A stretch of 5,159 nucleotides of DNA, taken from the IMG/VR virus record IMGVR_UViG_2671180637_000011; one strand, given 5' to 3'. Shown here piece by piece: positions 4,435 to 5,159 of the stretch. Under the pieces are notes generated by a model. That model saw nothing but the letters and a program-made list of their open reading frames with translations, made no database searches and was not told the origin of the DNA. The DNA is from a virus (Duplodnaviria > Heunggongvirae > Uroviricota > Caudoviricetes). Made by a program: the position numbers and the translations under genes. Each line of letters begins with the position of its first letter. The first letter of the stretch is position 1.

Positions 4435-4803
4435 ATGTCAAACATCAAAAAATACATCATTGATTACGACTGGAAAGCATCAATAGAAATTGAAATCGAC
4501 CATGACGTAATGACAGAGGAAAAACTTCACCAGATTAATAATTTCTGGTCAGACTCTGAATACCGACTCAATAAACACGGCTCTGTATTAAATGCTGTAT
4601 TAATCATGCTGGCGCAACATGCTCTGCTTATAGCAATTTCAAGCGACTTAAATGCATATGGTGTTGTGTGTGAGTTCGACTGGAATGATGGAAATGGTCA
4701 GGAAGGATGGCCTCCAATGGATGGTAGCGAAGGAATAAGAATTACCGATATCGATACATCAGGAATATTTGATTCAGATGATATGACTATCAAAGCCGCC
4801 TGA
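4435..4803 (+). CDS. Hypothetical acidic protein (122 aa, about 22 Asp/Glu vs 8 Lys/Arg; Asp-rich C-terminus)
   Basis: ORF from the track with SD GAGGA (4421-4425) 9 nt before the ATG. Strongly acidic composition, especially DWNDGNGQEGWPPMDGSEGIRITDIDTSGIFDSDDM. Bracketed by terminator-like hairpins. No homolog recognised from memory. Confidence 0.7.
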   Translation: MSNIKKYIIDYDWKASIEIEIDHDVMTEEKLHQINNFWSDSEYRLNKHGSVLNAVLIMLAQHALLIAISSDLNAYGVVCEFDWNDGNGQEGWPPMDGSEGIRITDIDTSGIFDSDDMTIKAA

Positions 4804-4826
4804 GCGCGGCGTTACCGCATACCAAT

Positions 4827-4850
4827 AACGCTTCACTCGAGGCGTTTTTC
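4827..4850 (+). terminator. Terminator-like hairpin after the acidic-protein gene
   Basis: Stem AACGCTTC (4827-4834) / GAGGCGTT (4839-4846) with one G-U pair and loop ACTC, followed by TTTCG. Weaker than the other terminators. Confidence 0.45.
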
Positions 4851-4875
4851 GTTATGTATAAATAAGGAGCACACC

Positions 4876-5040
4876 ATGCAATATGCCATTGCAGGGTGGC
4901 CTGTTGCTGGCTGCCCTTCCGAATCTTTACTTGAACGAATCACCCGTAAATTACGTGACGGATGGAAACGCCTTATCGACATACTTAATCAGCCAGGAGT
5001 CCCAAAAAATGGATCAAACACTTATGGCTATCCAGACTAA
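4876..5040 (+). CDS. Small conserved prophage protein, 54 aa (MQYAIAGWPVAGCPSESLLERITRKLRDGWKRLIDILNQPGVPKNGSNTYGYPD); reminiscent of the YdfA-like family of the Qin prophage dicB operon (from memory, unverified)
   Basis: Hand translation; not in the ORF track. Strong SD AAGGAG (4864-4869) 6 nt before ATG 4876; stop TAA 5038-5040. Different frame from the track ORF 4883-5152. Confidence 0.6.
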   Translation: MQYAIAGWPVAGCPSESLLERITRKLRDGWKRLIDILNQPGVPKNGSNTYGYPD

Positions 5041-5152
5041 ATTCACTATCGCCACTTTTATTGGCGATGAAAAGATGTTTCGTGAGGCCGTCGACGCTTA
5101 TAAAAAATGGATATTAATACTGAAACTGAGATCAAGCAAAAGCATTCACTAA
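5009..5152 (+). CDS. Small prophage protein, 47 aa (MDQTLMAIQTKFTIATFIGDEKMFREAVDAYKKWILILKLRSSKSIH); reminiscent of YdfB-like proteins of the Qin prophage (from memory, unverified)
   Basis: Internal start of track ORF 4883-5152. SD AGGAG (4995-4999) 9 nt before ATG 5009. Overlaps the 3' end of the preceding 54-codon gene by 32 nt in another frame, which suggests translational coupling. The upstream part of the 89-aa track ORF has no SD and is out of frame with the better-supported 54-aa gene. Confidence 0.55.
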   Translation: MDQTLMAIQTKFTIATFIGDEKMFREAVDAYKKWILILKLRSSKSIH

Positions 5153-5159
5153 CCCCCTT

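Noticed and set aside
4883-5152. Track ORF 4883-5152 (+) as a single 89-aa protein
   Set aside because: Its first ~40 codons have no SD and overlap, out of frame, the better-supported 54-codon gene (4876-5040). Only the internal start at 5009 with its own SD is credible.
1-5159. Search for tRNA, rRNA, integrase, transposase, IS ends or attachment sites
   Set aside because: Nothing in the window resembles these. The content is fully accounted for by the lambdoid immunity/replication region and early-left accessory genes.

Overview
This 5.2-kb window is the immunity and replication core of a lambdoid (lambda / Stx-phage-like) enterobacterial prophage, inverted relative to the conventional lambda map. 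On the minus strand: cro (1705-1472), nutR, cII (1333-1037), O (1004-66, carrying a six-iteron ori) and the first 23 codons of P (69-1). An OR-type operator/promoter region separates cro from the divergent plus-strand cI (1819-2523). Downstream of cI, where lambda carries rexAB, lies a ~700-bp AT-rich locus with only a 36-codon ORF and a strong terminator; this is the most interesting candidate for an undescribed function. It is followed by OL/PL, nutL, an N-type antiterminator (3459-3731), a two-helix membrane protein (3790-4239), an acidic 122-aa protein (4435-4803) and two overlapping micro-genes (4876-5040, 5009-5152) that the ORF track misses or merges. An oop-like antisense RNA overlaps the 3' end of cII. 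No rRNA, tRNA, transposase, integrase or CRISPR array was seen. All homology statements come from reading the translations and from memory of lambda-family proteins, not from a database search; all motif coordinates were counted by hand.
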